Of a DNA stretch of 64,000 nucleotides, positions 13,423 through 27,642 are shown in pieces. A program made the translations under genes and the position numbers. Location of the stretch: assembly GCA_964016885.1 (NCBI GenBank), contig OZ024741.1:127596001-127660000 (forward strand), read 5' to 3'. Source of the DNA: Eledone cirrhosa. Its lineage: Eukaryota. Numbering within the stretch: the first letter of the stretch is position 1; every line of letters begins with the position of its first letter. The notes beneath the pieces are model-generated. The model did no database searches. It was given only the letters and a program-made list of their open reading frames with translations, and was not told the DNA's origin.

Positions 13423-16400
13423 CCACTATAATGTGGTAATGCTGGTTCTACCACAAAATACACTCAGCCCACTCTATAATGTGGTAGTGCTGGTTCTACT
13501 ACAAAATACACTCAGCCCACTCTATAATGTGGTAATGCTGTTTCTACCACAAAATACACTTAGCCCACTCTATAATGTGGTAGTGCTGGTTCTACCACAA
13601 AATACATCCAGCCCACTCTATAATGTGGTAGTGCTGGTTCTACTACAAAATACACTCAGCCCACTCTATAATGTTGTAGTGCTGGTTCTACTACAAAATA
13701 CACCTAGCACACTCTATAATGTGGTAGTGCCGGTTCTACTACAAAATACACTCAGCCCACTCTATAACGTGGTAGTGTTGATTCTACCACAAAATACACC
13801 TAGCCCACTCTATAATGTGGTAGTGCCGGTTCTACTGCAAAATACACCCAGCCCACTCTATAATGTGGTAGTGCTAGTTCTACTACAAAATACACCTAGC
13901 CCACTCTATAATGTGGTAGTGCTAAATCTACTACAAAATACACTCAGCCCACTCTACAATGTGGTAGTGCTGGTTCTACCACAAAATACACCCAACCCAC
14001 TCTATAATGTGGTAGTGCTGGTTCTACCACAAAATACACCCAGCCCACTCTATAATGTGGTAATGCTGGTTCTACTACAAAATACACTCAGCCCACTCTA
14101 TAATGTGGTAGTGCTGCTTTTACTACAAAATACACTCAGCCCACTCTATAATGTGGTAGTGCTGGTTCTACCACAAAATACACCCAGCCCACTCTATAAT
14201 GTGGTAATGCTGGTTCTACCACAAAATACACCCAGCCCACTCTATAATGTGGTAGTGCCGATTCTACTACAAAATACACTCAGCCCACTCTATAATGTGG
14301 TAGTGCTGGTTCTACCACAAAATACACCCAGCCCACTCTATAATGTGGTAATGCTGGTTCTACCACAAAATACACCCAGCCCACTCTATAATGTGGTAGT
14401 GCCGGTTCTACTGCAAAATACACCCAGCCCACTCTATAATGTGGTAGTGCTAGTTCTACTACAAAATACACCTAGCCCACTCTATAATGTGGTAGTGCCG
14501 ATTCTACTACAAAATACACTCAGCCCACTCTATAATGTGGTAGTGCTGGTTCTACCACAAAATACACCCAGCCCACTCTAGAATGTGGTAGTGCTGGTTC
14601 TACCACAAAATACACTCAGCCCACTCTATAATGTGGTAGTGCCGGTTCTACAACAAAATACACCCAACCCACTCTATAATGTGGTAGTGCTGGTTCTACT
14701 ACAAAATACACCCAGCCCACTCTATAATGTGGTAGTGCTGGTTCTACTACAAAATACACCCAGCCCACTCTGTAATGTGGTAATGCTGGTTCAACCACAA
14801 AATACACTCAGCCCACTCTATAATGTGGTAGAGCTGGTTCTACTACAAAATACACCTAGCCCACTCTATAATGTGGTAGTGCTGGTTCTACTACAAAATA
14901 CACTCAGCCCACTCTATAATGTGGTAGTGCTGGTTCTACTACAAAATACACCCAGCCCACTCTATAATGTGGTAATGCTGGTTCTACTACAAAATACACA
15001 TAGCCCACTGCATAATGTGGTAGTGCTGGTTCTACCATAAAATACACCCAGCCCACTCTATAATGTGGTAATGCTGGTTCACTACAAAATACACCTAGCC
15101 CACTCTATAATGTGGTCGTGCTGTTTCTACTACAAAATACACCCAGCCCACTCTATAATGTGGTCGTGCTGGTTCTACTACAAAATACACCTAGCCCACT
15201 CTATAATGTGGTAGTGCTGATTCTACTACAAAATACATTCAGCCCACTCTATAATGTGATAATGCTGGTTCTACTACAAAATACACTCAGCCCACTCTAT
15301 AATGTGGTAGTGCTGGTTCTACTACAAAATACACTCAGCCCACTCTATAATGTGGTAATGCTGGTTCTACTACAAAATACACTCAGCCCACTCTATAATG
15401 TGGTAATGCTGGTTCTACTACAAAATACACTCAGCCCACTCTATAATGTGGTAATGCTGGTTCTACTACAAAATACACCCAGCCCACTCTATAATGTGGT
15501 AGTGCTGGTTCTACTACAAAATACACTCAGCCCACTCTATAATGTGGTAATGCTGGTTCTACCACAAAATACACCCAGACCACTATAATGTGGTAATGCT
15601 GGTTCTATCACAAAATACACTCAGCCCACTCTATAATGTGGTAGTGCTGTTTCTACCACAAAATACACTTAGCCCACTCTATAATGTGGTAGTGCTGGTT
15701 CTACCACAAAATACACCCAGCCCACTCTATAATGTGGTAGTGCTGGTTCTACTACAAAATACACTCAGCCCACTCTATAACGTGGTAATGCTGTTTCTAC
15801 CACAAAATACACTTAGCCCACTCTATAATGTGGTAGTGCTGGTTCTAACACAAAATACACCCAGCCCACTCTATAATGTGGTAGTGCTGGTTCTACTACA
15901 AAATACACTCAGCCCACTCTATAATGTGGTAGTGCTGGTTCTACTACAAAATACACCTAGCACACTCTATAATGTGGTAGTGACGATTCTACTACAAAAT
16001 ACACTCAGCCCACTCTATAATGTGGTAGTGCTGGTTCTACCACAAAATACACCCAGCCCACTCTAGAATGTGGTAGTGCCGGTTCTACCACAAAATACAT
16101 TCTGCCCACTCTATAATATAGTGCTGGTTCTACCACAAAATACACTCAGCCCACTCTATAATGTGGTAATGCTGGTTCTACTACAAAATACACTCAGCCC
16201 ACTCTATAATGTGGTAGTGACGATTCTACTACAAAATACACTCAGCCCACTCTATAATGTGATAGTGCTGGTTCTACCACAAAATACACCCAGCCCACTC
16301 TAGAATGTGGTAGTGCCGGTTCTACCACAAAATACACCCAGCCCACTCTATAATGTGGTAATGCTGGTTCTACCACAAAATACACCCAGCCCACTATAAT

Positions 16401-19363
16401 GTGGTAATGCTGGTTCTACCACAAAATACACTCAGCCCACTCTATAATGTGGTAGTGCTGGTTCTACTACAAAATACACTCAGCCCACTCTATAATGTGG
16501 TAATGCTGTTTCTACCACAAAATACACTTAGCCCACTCTATAATGTGGTAGTGCTGGTTCTACCACAAAATACATCCAGCCCACTCTATAATGTGGTAGT
16601 GCTGGTTCTACTACAAAATACACTCAGCCCACTCTATAATGTTGTAGTGCTGGTTCTACTACAAAATACACCTAGCACACTCTATAATGTGGTAGTGCCG
16701 GTTCTACTACAAAATACACTCAGCCCACTCTATAACGTGGTAGTGTTGATTCTACCACAAAATACACCTAGCCCACTCTATAATGTGGTAGTGCCGGTTC
16801 TACTGCAAAATACACCCAGCCCACTCTATAATGTGGTAGTGCTAGTTCTACTACAAAATACACCTAGCCCACTCTATAATGTGGTAGTGCTAAATCTACT
16901 ACAAAATACACTCAGCCCACTCTACAATGTGGTAGTGCTGGTTCTACCACAAAATACACCCAACCCACTCTATAATGTGGTAGTGCTGGTTCTACCACAA
17001 AATACACCCAGCCCACTCTATAATGTGGTAATGCTGGTTCTACTACAAAATACACTCAGCCCACTCTATAATGTGGTAGTGCTGCTTTTACTACAAAATA
17101 CACTCAGCCCACTCTATAATGTGGTAGTGCTGGTTCTACCACAAAATACACCCAGCCCACTCTATAATGTGGTAATGCTGGTTCTACCACAAAATACACC
17201 CAGCCCACTCTATAATGTGGTAGTGCCGATTCTACTACAAAATACACTCAGCCCACTCTATAATGTGGTAGTGCTGGTTCTACCACAAAATACACCCAGC
17301 CCACTCTATAATGTGGTAATGCTGGTTCTACCACAAAATACACCCAGCCCACTCTATAATGTGGTAGTGCCGGTTCTACTGCAAAATACACCCAGCCCAC
17401 TCTATAATGTGGTAGTGCTAGTTCTACTACAAAATACACCTAGCCCACTCTATAATGTGGTAGTGCCGATTCTACTACAAAATACACTCAGCCCACTCTA
17501 TAATGTGGTAGTGCTGGTTCTACCACAAAATACACCCAGCCCACTCTAGAATGTGGTAGTGCTGGTTCTACCACAAAATACACTCAGCCCACTCTATAAT
17601 GTGGTAGTGCCGGTTCTACAACAAAATACACCCAACCCACTCTATAATGTGGTAGTGCTGGTTCTACTACAAAATACACCCAGCCCACTCTATAATGTGG
17701 TAGTGCTGGTTCTACTACAAAATACACCCAGCCCACTCTGTAATGTGGTAATGCTGGTTCAACCACAAAATACACTCAGCCCACTCTATAATGTGGTAGA
17801 GCTGGTTCTACTACAAAATACACCTAGCCCACTCTATAATGTGGTAGTGCTGGTTCTACTACAAAATACACTCAGCCCACTCTATAATGTGGTAGTGCTG
17901 GTTCTACTACAAAATACACCCAGCCCACTCTATAATGTGGTAATGCTGGTTCTACTACAAAATACACATAGCCCACTGCATAATGTGGTAGTGCTGGTTC
18001 TACCATAAAATACACCCAGCCCACTCTATAATGTGGTAATGCTGGTTCACTACAAAATACACCTAGCCCACTCTATAATGTGGTCGTGCTGTTTCTACTA
18101 CAAAATACACCCAGCCCACTCTATAATGTGGTCGTGCTGGTTCTACTACAAAATACACCTAGCCCACTCTATAATGTGGTAGTGCTGATTCTACTACAAA
18201 ATACATTCAGCCCACTCTATAATGTGATAATGCTGGTTCTACTACAAAATACACTCAGCCCACTCTATAATGTGGTAGTGCTGGTTCTACTACAAAATAC
18301 ACTCAGCCCACTCTATAATGTGGTAATGCTGGTTCTACTACAAAATACACTCAGCCCACTCTATAATGTGGTAATGCTGGTTCTACTACAAAATACACTC
18401 AGCCCACTCTATAATGTGGTAATGCTGGTTCTACTACAAAATACACCCAGCCCACTCTATAATGTGGTAGTGCTGGTTCTACTACAAAATACACTCAGCC
18501 CACTCTATAATGTGGTAATGCTGGTTCTACCACAAAATACACCCAGACCACTATAATGTGGTAATGCTGGTTCTATCACAAAATACACTCAGCCCACTCT
18601 ATAATGTGGTAGTGCTGTTTCTACCACAAAATACACTTAGCCCACTCTATAATGTGGTAGTGCTGGTTCTACCACAAAATACACCCAGCCCACTCTATAA
18701 TGTGGTAGTGCTGGTTCTACTACAAAATACACTCAGCCCACTCTATAACGTGGTAATGCTGTTTCTACCACAAAATACACTTAGCCCACTCTATAATGTG
18801 GTAGTGCTGGTTCTAACACAAAATACACCCAGCCCACTCTATAATGTGGTAGTGCTGGTTCTACTACAAAATACACTCAGCCCACTCTATAATGTGGTAG
18901 TGCTGGTTCTACTACAAAATACACCTAGCACACTCTATAATGTGGTAGTGACGATTCTACTACAAAATACACTCAGCCCACTCTATAATGTGGTAGTGCT
19001 GGTTCTACCACAAAATACACCCAGCCCACTCTAGAATGTGGTAGTGCCGGTTCTACCACAAAATACATTCTGCCCACTCTATAATATAGTGCTGGTTCTA
19101 CCACAAAATACACTCAGCCCACTCTATAATGTGGTAATGCTGGTTCTACTACAAAATACACTCAGCCCACTCTATAATGTGGTAGTGACGATTCTACTAC
19201 AAAATACACTCAGCCCACTCTATAATGTGATAGTGCTGGTTCTACCACAAAATACACCCAGCCCACTCTAGAATGTGGTAGTGCCGGTTCTACCACAAAA
19301 TACACCCAGCCCACTCTATAATGTGGTAATGCTGGTTCTACCACAAAATACACCCAGCCCACT
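13423..19363 (+). repeat. Higher-order tandem duplication, 2 x 2968 bp (62 monomers)
   Basis: Identical ORF-track entries offset by 2968: 13433/16401, 14585/17553, 15112/18080, 15590/18558, 16070/19038. 62x48-8 = 2968, matching the -1, -2, -2, -3 deletion monomers in the unit. Confidence 0.93.
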
Positions 19364-22300
19364 CTATAATGTGGTAATGCTGGTTTTACTACAAAATACA
19401 CTCAGCCCACTCTATAATGTGGTAGTGCTGGTTCTACCACAAAATACATTCAGCCCACTCTCTAATGTAGTGCTGGTTCTACCACAAAATACACTCAGCC
19501 CACTCTATAATGTGGTAGTGCCGGTTCTACAACAAAATACACCCAACCCACTCTATAATGTGGTAGTGCTGGTTCTACCACAAAATACACCCAACCCTCT
19601 CTATAATGTGGTAGTGCTGGTTCTACTACAAAATAGACCCAGCCCACTCTATAATGTGGTAGTGCTGGTTCTACTACAAAACACACCTAGCCCACTCTAT
19701 AATGTGGTAGTGCCGGTTCTACTACAAAATACACTCAGCCCACTCTATAATGTGGTAGTGCTGGTTCTACTACAAAATACACCCAGCCCACTCTATAATT
19801 TGGTAATGCTGGTTCTACTACAAAATACACTCAGCCCACTCTATAATGTGGTAGTGTTGGTTCTACGACAAAATACACTCAGCCCACTCTATAATGTGGT
19901 AATGCTGGTTCTACTACAAAATACACCCAGCCCACTCTGTAATGTGGTAATGCTGGTTCAACTACAAAATACACCTAGCCCACTCTATAATGTGGTAGTG
20001 CTGGTTCTACTACAAAATACATTCAGCCCACTCTATAATGTGGTAATGCTGGTTCTACTACAAAATACACTCAGCCCACTCTATAATGTGGTAATGCTGG
20101 TTCTACTACAAAATACACCCAGCCCACTCTATAATGTGGTAGTGCTGGATCTACTACAAAATACACTCAGCCCACTCTATAATGTGGTAATGCTGGTTCT
20201 ACCACAAAATACACCCAGACCACTACAATGTGGTAATGCTGGTTCTACCACAAAATACACTCAGCCCATTCTATAATGTGGTAGTGCTGGTTCTACCACA
20301 AAATACACTCAGCCCACTCTATAATGTGGTAGTGCTGGTTCTACTACAAAATACACCCAACCCACTCTATAATGTGGTAGTGCTGGTTCTACTACAAAAT
20401 ACACCCAACTCACTCTATAATGGGGTAGTGCTGGTTCTACTACAAAATACACTCAGCCCACTCTATAATGTGGTAGTGCTGGTTCTACTACAAAATACAC
20501 CTAGCACACTCTATAATGTGGTAGTGCCGGTTCTACTACAAAATACACTCAGCCCACTCTATAACGTGGTAGTGCTGATTCTACAACAAAATACACCTAG
20601 CCCACTCTATAATGTGGTAGTGCCGGTTCTACTGCAAAATACACCCAGCCCACTCTATAATGTGGTAGTGCTAGTTCTACTACAAAATACACCTAGCCCA
20701 CTCTATAATGTGGTAGTGCCGATTCTACTACAAAATACACTCAGCCCACTCTATAATGTGGTAGTGCTGGTTCTACCACAAAATACACCCAGCCTACTCT
20801 AGAATGTGGTAGTGCTGGTTCTACCACAAAATACATTCAGCCCACTCTATAATATAGTGTTGGTTCTACCACAAATACACTCAGCCCACTCTATAATGTG
20901 GTAGTGCCGGTTCTACAACAAAATACACCCAACCCACTCTATAATGTGGTAGTGCTGGTTCTACTACAAAATACACCCAGCCCACTCTATAATGTGGTAG
21001 TGCTGGTTCTACTACAAAATACACCCAGCCCACTCTGTAATGTGGTAATGCTGGTTCTACCACAAAATACACTCAGCCCACTCTATAATGTGGTAGAGCT
21101 GGTTCTACTACAAAATACACCTAGCCCACTCTATAATGTGGTAGTGCTGGTTCTACTACAAAATACACTCAGCCCACTCTATAATGTGGTAGTGCTGGTT
21201 CTACTACAAAATACACCCAGCCCACTCTATAATGTGGTAATGCTGGTTCTACTACAAAATACACCTAGCCCACTGTATAATGTGGTAGTGCTGGTTCTAC
21301 CACAAAATACACCCAGCCCACTCTATAATGTGGTAATGCTGGTTCACTACAAAATACACCTAGCCCACTCTATAATGTGGTCGTGCTGGTTCTACTACAA
21401 AATACACCCAGCCCACTCTATGATGTGGTCGTGCTGGTTCTACTACAAAATACACCTAGCCCACTCTATAATGTGGTAGTGCTGGTTCTACTACAAAATA
21501 CATTCAGCCCACTCTATAATGTGGTAATGCTGGTTCTACTACAAAATACACTCAGCCCACTCTATAATGTGTTAGTGCTGGTTCTACTACAAAATACACT
21601 CAGCCCACTCTATAATGTGGTAATGCTGGTTCTACTACAAAATACACTCAGCCCACTCTATAATGTGGTAATGCTGGTTCTACTACAAAATACACTCAGC
21701 CCACTCTATAATGTGGTAATGCTGGTTCTACTACAAAATACACCCAGCCCACTCTATAATGTGGTAGTGCTGGTTCTACTACAAAATACATTCAGCCCAC
21801 TCTATAATGTGGTAATGCTGGTTCTACTACAAAATACACTCAGCCCACTCTATAATGTGTTAGTGCTGGTTCTACTACAAAATACACTCAGCCCACTCTA
21901 TAATGTGGTAGTGCTGGTTCTACTACAAAATACACTCAGCCCACTCTATAATGTGGTAATGCTGGTTCTACCACAAAATACACCCAGACCACTATAATGT
22001 GGTAATGCTGGTTCTACCACAAAATACACTCAGCCCACTCTATAATGTGGTAGTGCTGTTTCTACCACAAAATACACTTAGCCCACTCTATAATGTGGTA
22101 GTGCTGGTTCTACCACAAAATACACCCAGCCCACTCTATAATGTGGTAGTGCTGGTTCTACTACAAAATACACTCAGCCCACTCTATAACGTGGTAATGC
22201 TGTTTCTACCACAAAATACACTTAGCCCACTCTATAATGTGGTAGTGCTGGTTCTACCACAAAATACACCCAGCCCACTCTATAATGTGGTAGTGCTGTT

Positions 22301-25300
22301 TCTACCACAAAATACACTTAGCCCACTCTATAATGTGGTAGTGCTGGTTCTACCACAGAATACACCCAGCCCACTCTATAATGTGGTAGTGCTGGTTCTA
22401 CTACAAAATACACTCAGCCCACTCTATAATGTGGTAGTGCTGGTTCTACCACAAAATACACCCAGCCCACTCTATAATGTGGTAGTGCTAGTTCTACTAC
22501 AAAATACACCCAGCCCACTCTATAATGTGGTAGTGCTAGTTCTACTACAAAATACACCCAGCCCACTCTATAATGTGGTAGTGCCGATTCTACTACAAAA
22601 TACACTCAGCCCACTCTATAATGTGGTAGTGCTGGTTCTACTACAAAATACACCCAACCCACTCTATAATGTGGTAGAGCTGGTTCTACTACAAAATATA
22701 CCTAGCCCACTCTATAATGTGGTAGTGCTGGTTCTACTACAAAATACACTCAGCCCACTCTATAATGTGGTAGTGCTGGTTCTACTACAAAATACACCCA
22801 GCCCACTCTATAATGTGGTAATGCTGGTTCTACTACAAAATACACCTAGCCCACTGTATAATGTGGTAGTGCTGGTTCTACCACAAAATACACCCAGCCC
22901 ACTCTATAATGTGGTAATGCTGGTTCACTACAAAATACACCTAGCCCACTCTATAATGTGGTCGTGCTGGTTCTACTACAAAATACACCCAGCCCACTCT
23001 ATAATGTGGTCGTGCTGGTTCTACTACAAAATACACCTAGCCCACTCTATAATGTGGTAGTGCTGGTTCTACTACAAAATACATTCAGCCCACTCTATAA
23101 TGTGGTAATGCTGGTTCTACTACAAAATACACTCAGCCCACTCTATAATGTGTTAGTGCTGGTTCTACTACAAAATACACTCAGCCCACTCTATAATGTG
23201 GTAATGCTGGTTCTACCACAAAATACACTCAGCCCACTCTATAATGTGGTAGTGCTGGTTCTACCACAAAATACACCCAACCCACTCTATAATGTGGTAG
23301 TGCTGGTTCTACTACAAAATACACCCAACTCACTCTATAATGTGGTAGTGCTGGTTCTACTACAAAATACACTCAGCCCACTCTATAATGTGGTAGTGCT
23401 GGTTCTACTACAAAATACACCTAGCACACTCTATAATGTGGTAGTGCCGGTTCTACTACAAAATACACTCAGCCCACTCTATAACGTGGTAGTGCTGATT
23501 CTACCACAAAATACACCTAGCCCACTCTATAATGTGGTAGTGCCGGTTCTACTGCAAAATACACCCAGCCCACTCTATAATGTGGTAGTGCTAGTTCTAC
23601 TACAAAATACACCTAGCCCACTCTATAATGTGGTAGTGCCGATTCTACTACAAAATACACTCAGCCCACTCTATAATGTGGTAGTGCTGGTTCTACCACA
23701 AAATACACCCAGCCTACTCTAGAATGTGGTAGTGCTGGCTCTACCACAAAATACATTCAGCCCACTCTATAATATAGTGCTGGTTCTACCACAAAATACA
23801 CTCAGCCCACTCTATAATGTGGTAGTGCCGGTTCTACAACAAAATACACCCAACCCATTCTATAATGTGGTAGTGCTGGTTCTACTACAAAATACACCCA
23901 GCCCACTCTATAATGTGGTAGTGCTGGTTCTACTACAAAATACACCCAGCCCACTCTGTAATGTGGTAATGCTGGTTCTACCACAAAATACACTCAGCCC
24001 ACTCTATAATGTGGTAGAGCTGGTTCTACTACAAAATACACCTAGCCCACTCTATAATGTGGTAGTGCTGGTTCTACTACAAAATACACTCAGCCCACTC
24101 TATAATGTGGTAGTGCTGGTTCTACTACAAAATACACCCAGCCCACTCTATAATGTGGTAATGCTGGTTCTACTACAAAATACACCTAGCCCACTGTATA
24201 ATGTGGTAGTGCTGGTTCTACCACAAAATACACCCAGCCCACTCTATAATGTGGTAATGCTGGTTCACTACAAAATACACCTAGCCCACTCTATAATGTG
24301 GTCGTGCTGGTTCTACTACAAAATACACCCAGCCCACTCTATAATGTGGTCGTGCTGGTTCTACTACAAAATACATCTAGCCCACTCTATAATGTGGTAG
24401 TGCTGATTCTACTACAAAATACATTCAGCCCACTCTATAATGTGGTAATGCTGGTTCTACTACAAAGTACACTCAGCCCACTCTATAATGTTTTAGTGCT
24501 GGTTCTACTACAAAATACACTCAGCCCACTCTATAATGTGGTAATGCTGGTTCTACTACAAAATACACTCAGCCCACTCTATAATGTGGTAATGCTGGTT
24601 CTACTACAAAATACACTCAGCCCACTCTATAATGTGGTAATGCTGGTTCTACTACAAAATACACTCAGCCCACTCTATAATGTGGTAGTGCTGGTTCTAC
24701 TACAAAATACACTCAGCCCACTCTATAATGTGGTAATGCTGGTTCTACCACAAAATACACTCAGCCCACTCTATAATGTGGTAGTGCTGTTTCTACCACA
24801 AAATACACTTAGCCCACTCTATAATGTCGTAGTGCTGGTTCTACCACAAAATACACCCAGCCCACTCTATAATGTGGTAGTGCTGGTTCTACTACAAAAT
24901 ACACTCAGCCCACTCTATAATGTGGTAGTGCTGATTCTACCACAAAATACACCTAGCCCACTCTATAATGTGGTAGTGCCGGTTCTACTGCAAAATACAC
25001 CCAGCCCACTCTATAATGTGGTAGTGCTAGTTCTACTACAAAATACACCTAGCCCACTCTATAATGTGGTAGTGCCGATTCTACTACAAAATACACTCAG
25101 CCCACTCTATAATGTGGTAGTGCTGGTTCTACTACAAAATACACCCAACCCACTCTATAATGTGGTAGAGCTGGTTCTACTACAAAATACACCTAGCCCA
25201 CTCTATAATGTGGTAGTGCTGGTTCTACTACAAAATACACTCAGCCCACTCTATAATGTGGTAATGCTGGTTCTACTACAAAATACACCTAGCCCACTGT

Positions 25301-27642
25301 ATAATGTGGTAGTGCTGGTTCTACCACAAAATACACCCAGCCCACTCTATAATGTGGTAATGCTGGTTCACTACAAAATACACCTAGCCCACTCTATAAT
25401 GTGGTCGAGCTGGTTCTACTACAAAATACACCCAGCCCACTCTATAATGTGGTCGTGCTGGTTCTACTACAAAATACACCTAGCCCACTCTATAATGTGG
25501 TAGTGCTGGTTCTACTACAAAATACATTCAGCCCACTCTATAATGTGGTAATGCTGGTTCTACTACAAAATACACTCAGCCCACTCTATAATGTGTTAGT
25601 GCTGGTTCTACTACAAAATACACTCAGCCCACTCTATAATGTGGTAATGCTGGTTCTACTACAAAATACACTCAGCCCACTCTATAATGTGGTAATGCTG
25701 GTTCTACTACAAAATACACTCAGCCCACTCTATAATGTGGTAATGCTGGTTCTACTACAAAATACACCCACCCCACTCTATAATGTGGTAGTGCTGGTTC
25801 TACTACAAAATACACTCAGCCCACTCTATAATGTGGTAATGCTGGTTCTACCACAAAATACACCCAGACCACTATAATGTGGTAATGCTGGTTCTACCAC
25901 AAAATACACTCAGCCCACTCTATAATGTGGTAGTGCTGTTTCTACCACAAAATACACTTAGCCCACTCTATAATGTGGTAGTGCTGGTTCTACCACAAAA
26001 TACACCCAACCCACTCTATAATGTGGTAGTGCTGGTTCTACTACAAAATACACTCAGCCCACTCTATAACGTGGTAATGCTGTTTCTACCACAAAATACA
26101 CTTAGCCCACTCTATAATGTGGTAGTGCTGGTTCTACCACAAAATACACCCAGCCCACTCTATAATGTGGTAGTGCTGTTTCTACCACAAAATACACTTA
26201 GCCCACTCTATAATGTGGTAGTGCTGGTTCTACCACAAAATACACCCAGCCCACTCTATAATGTGGTAATGCTGGTTCTACTACAAAATACACTCAGCCC
26301 ACTCTATAATGTGGTAGTGCTGATTCTACCACAAAATACACCTAGCCCACTCTATAATGTGTTGGTGCCGGTTCTACTGCAAAATACACCCAGCCCACTC
26401 TATAATGTGGTAGTGCTAGTTCTACTACAAAATACACCTAGCCCACTCTATAATGTGGTAGTGCCGATTCTACTACAAAATACACTCAGCCCACTCTATA
26501 ATGTGGTAGTGCTGGTTCTACCACAAAATACACCCAACCCACTCTATAATGTGGTAGTGTTGGTTCTACGACAAAATACACTCAGCCCACTCTATAATGT
26601 GGTAGTTTTGGTTCTGCTACAAAATACACTCAGCCCACTCTATAATGTGGTAATGCTGGTTCTACTACAAAATACACCCAGCCCACTCTGTAATGTGGTA
26701 ATGCTGGATCAACTACAAAATACACCCAGCCCACTCTGTAATGTAGTAATGCTGGTTCTACTACAAAATACACTCAGCCCACTCTATGATGTGGTAATGC
26801 TGGTTCTCCTACGAAATACACCCAGCCCACTCTATAATGTGGTAATGCTGGTTCTACTACAAGATACACCCAGCAAACTCTATAATCTGGTAATGCTGGT
26901 TCTACTACAAAATACACCCAGCCCATTCTATAATGAGGTAGTGTTGGTTCTACTACAAAATACACTCAGCCCACTCTATAATGTGGTAGTGTTGGTTCTA
27001 CTACAAAATACACCCAGCCCACTATAATGCGGTAATGATGGTTCTACTACAAAATACACTCAGCCCACTCTATAATGTGGCAGTGCTGGTTCTACTACAA
27101 AATACACTCAGCCCATTCTATAATGAGGTAATGCTGGTTCTACTACAAAATACACCCAGCCCATTCTATAATGAGGTAGTGTTGGTTCTACTACAAAATA
27201 CACCCAGCCCACTCTATAATGTGGTAATGCTGGTTCTACTACAAAATACACTCAGCCCACTCTATAATGTGGTAATGCTGGTTCTACTACAAAATACACC
27301 TAGCCCACTCTATAACGTGGTCGTGCTGGTTCTACTACAAAATACAACCAGCCCACTCTATAATGTGGTAATGCTGGTTCAACTACAAAATACACCCAGC
27401 CCACTCCGTAATGTAGTAATGCTGGTTCTACTACAAAATACACTCAGCCCACTCTATAATGAGGTAGTGTTGGTTCTACTACAAAATACACCCAGCCCAC
27501 TCTATAATGTGGTAATGCTGGTTCTACTACAAAATACACTCAGCCCACTCTATAATGTGGTAATGCTGGTTCTACTACAAAATACACCTAGCCCACTCTA
27601 TAACGTGGTCGTGCTGGTTCTACTACAAAATACAACCAGCCC

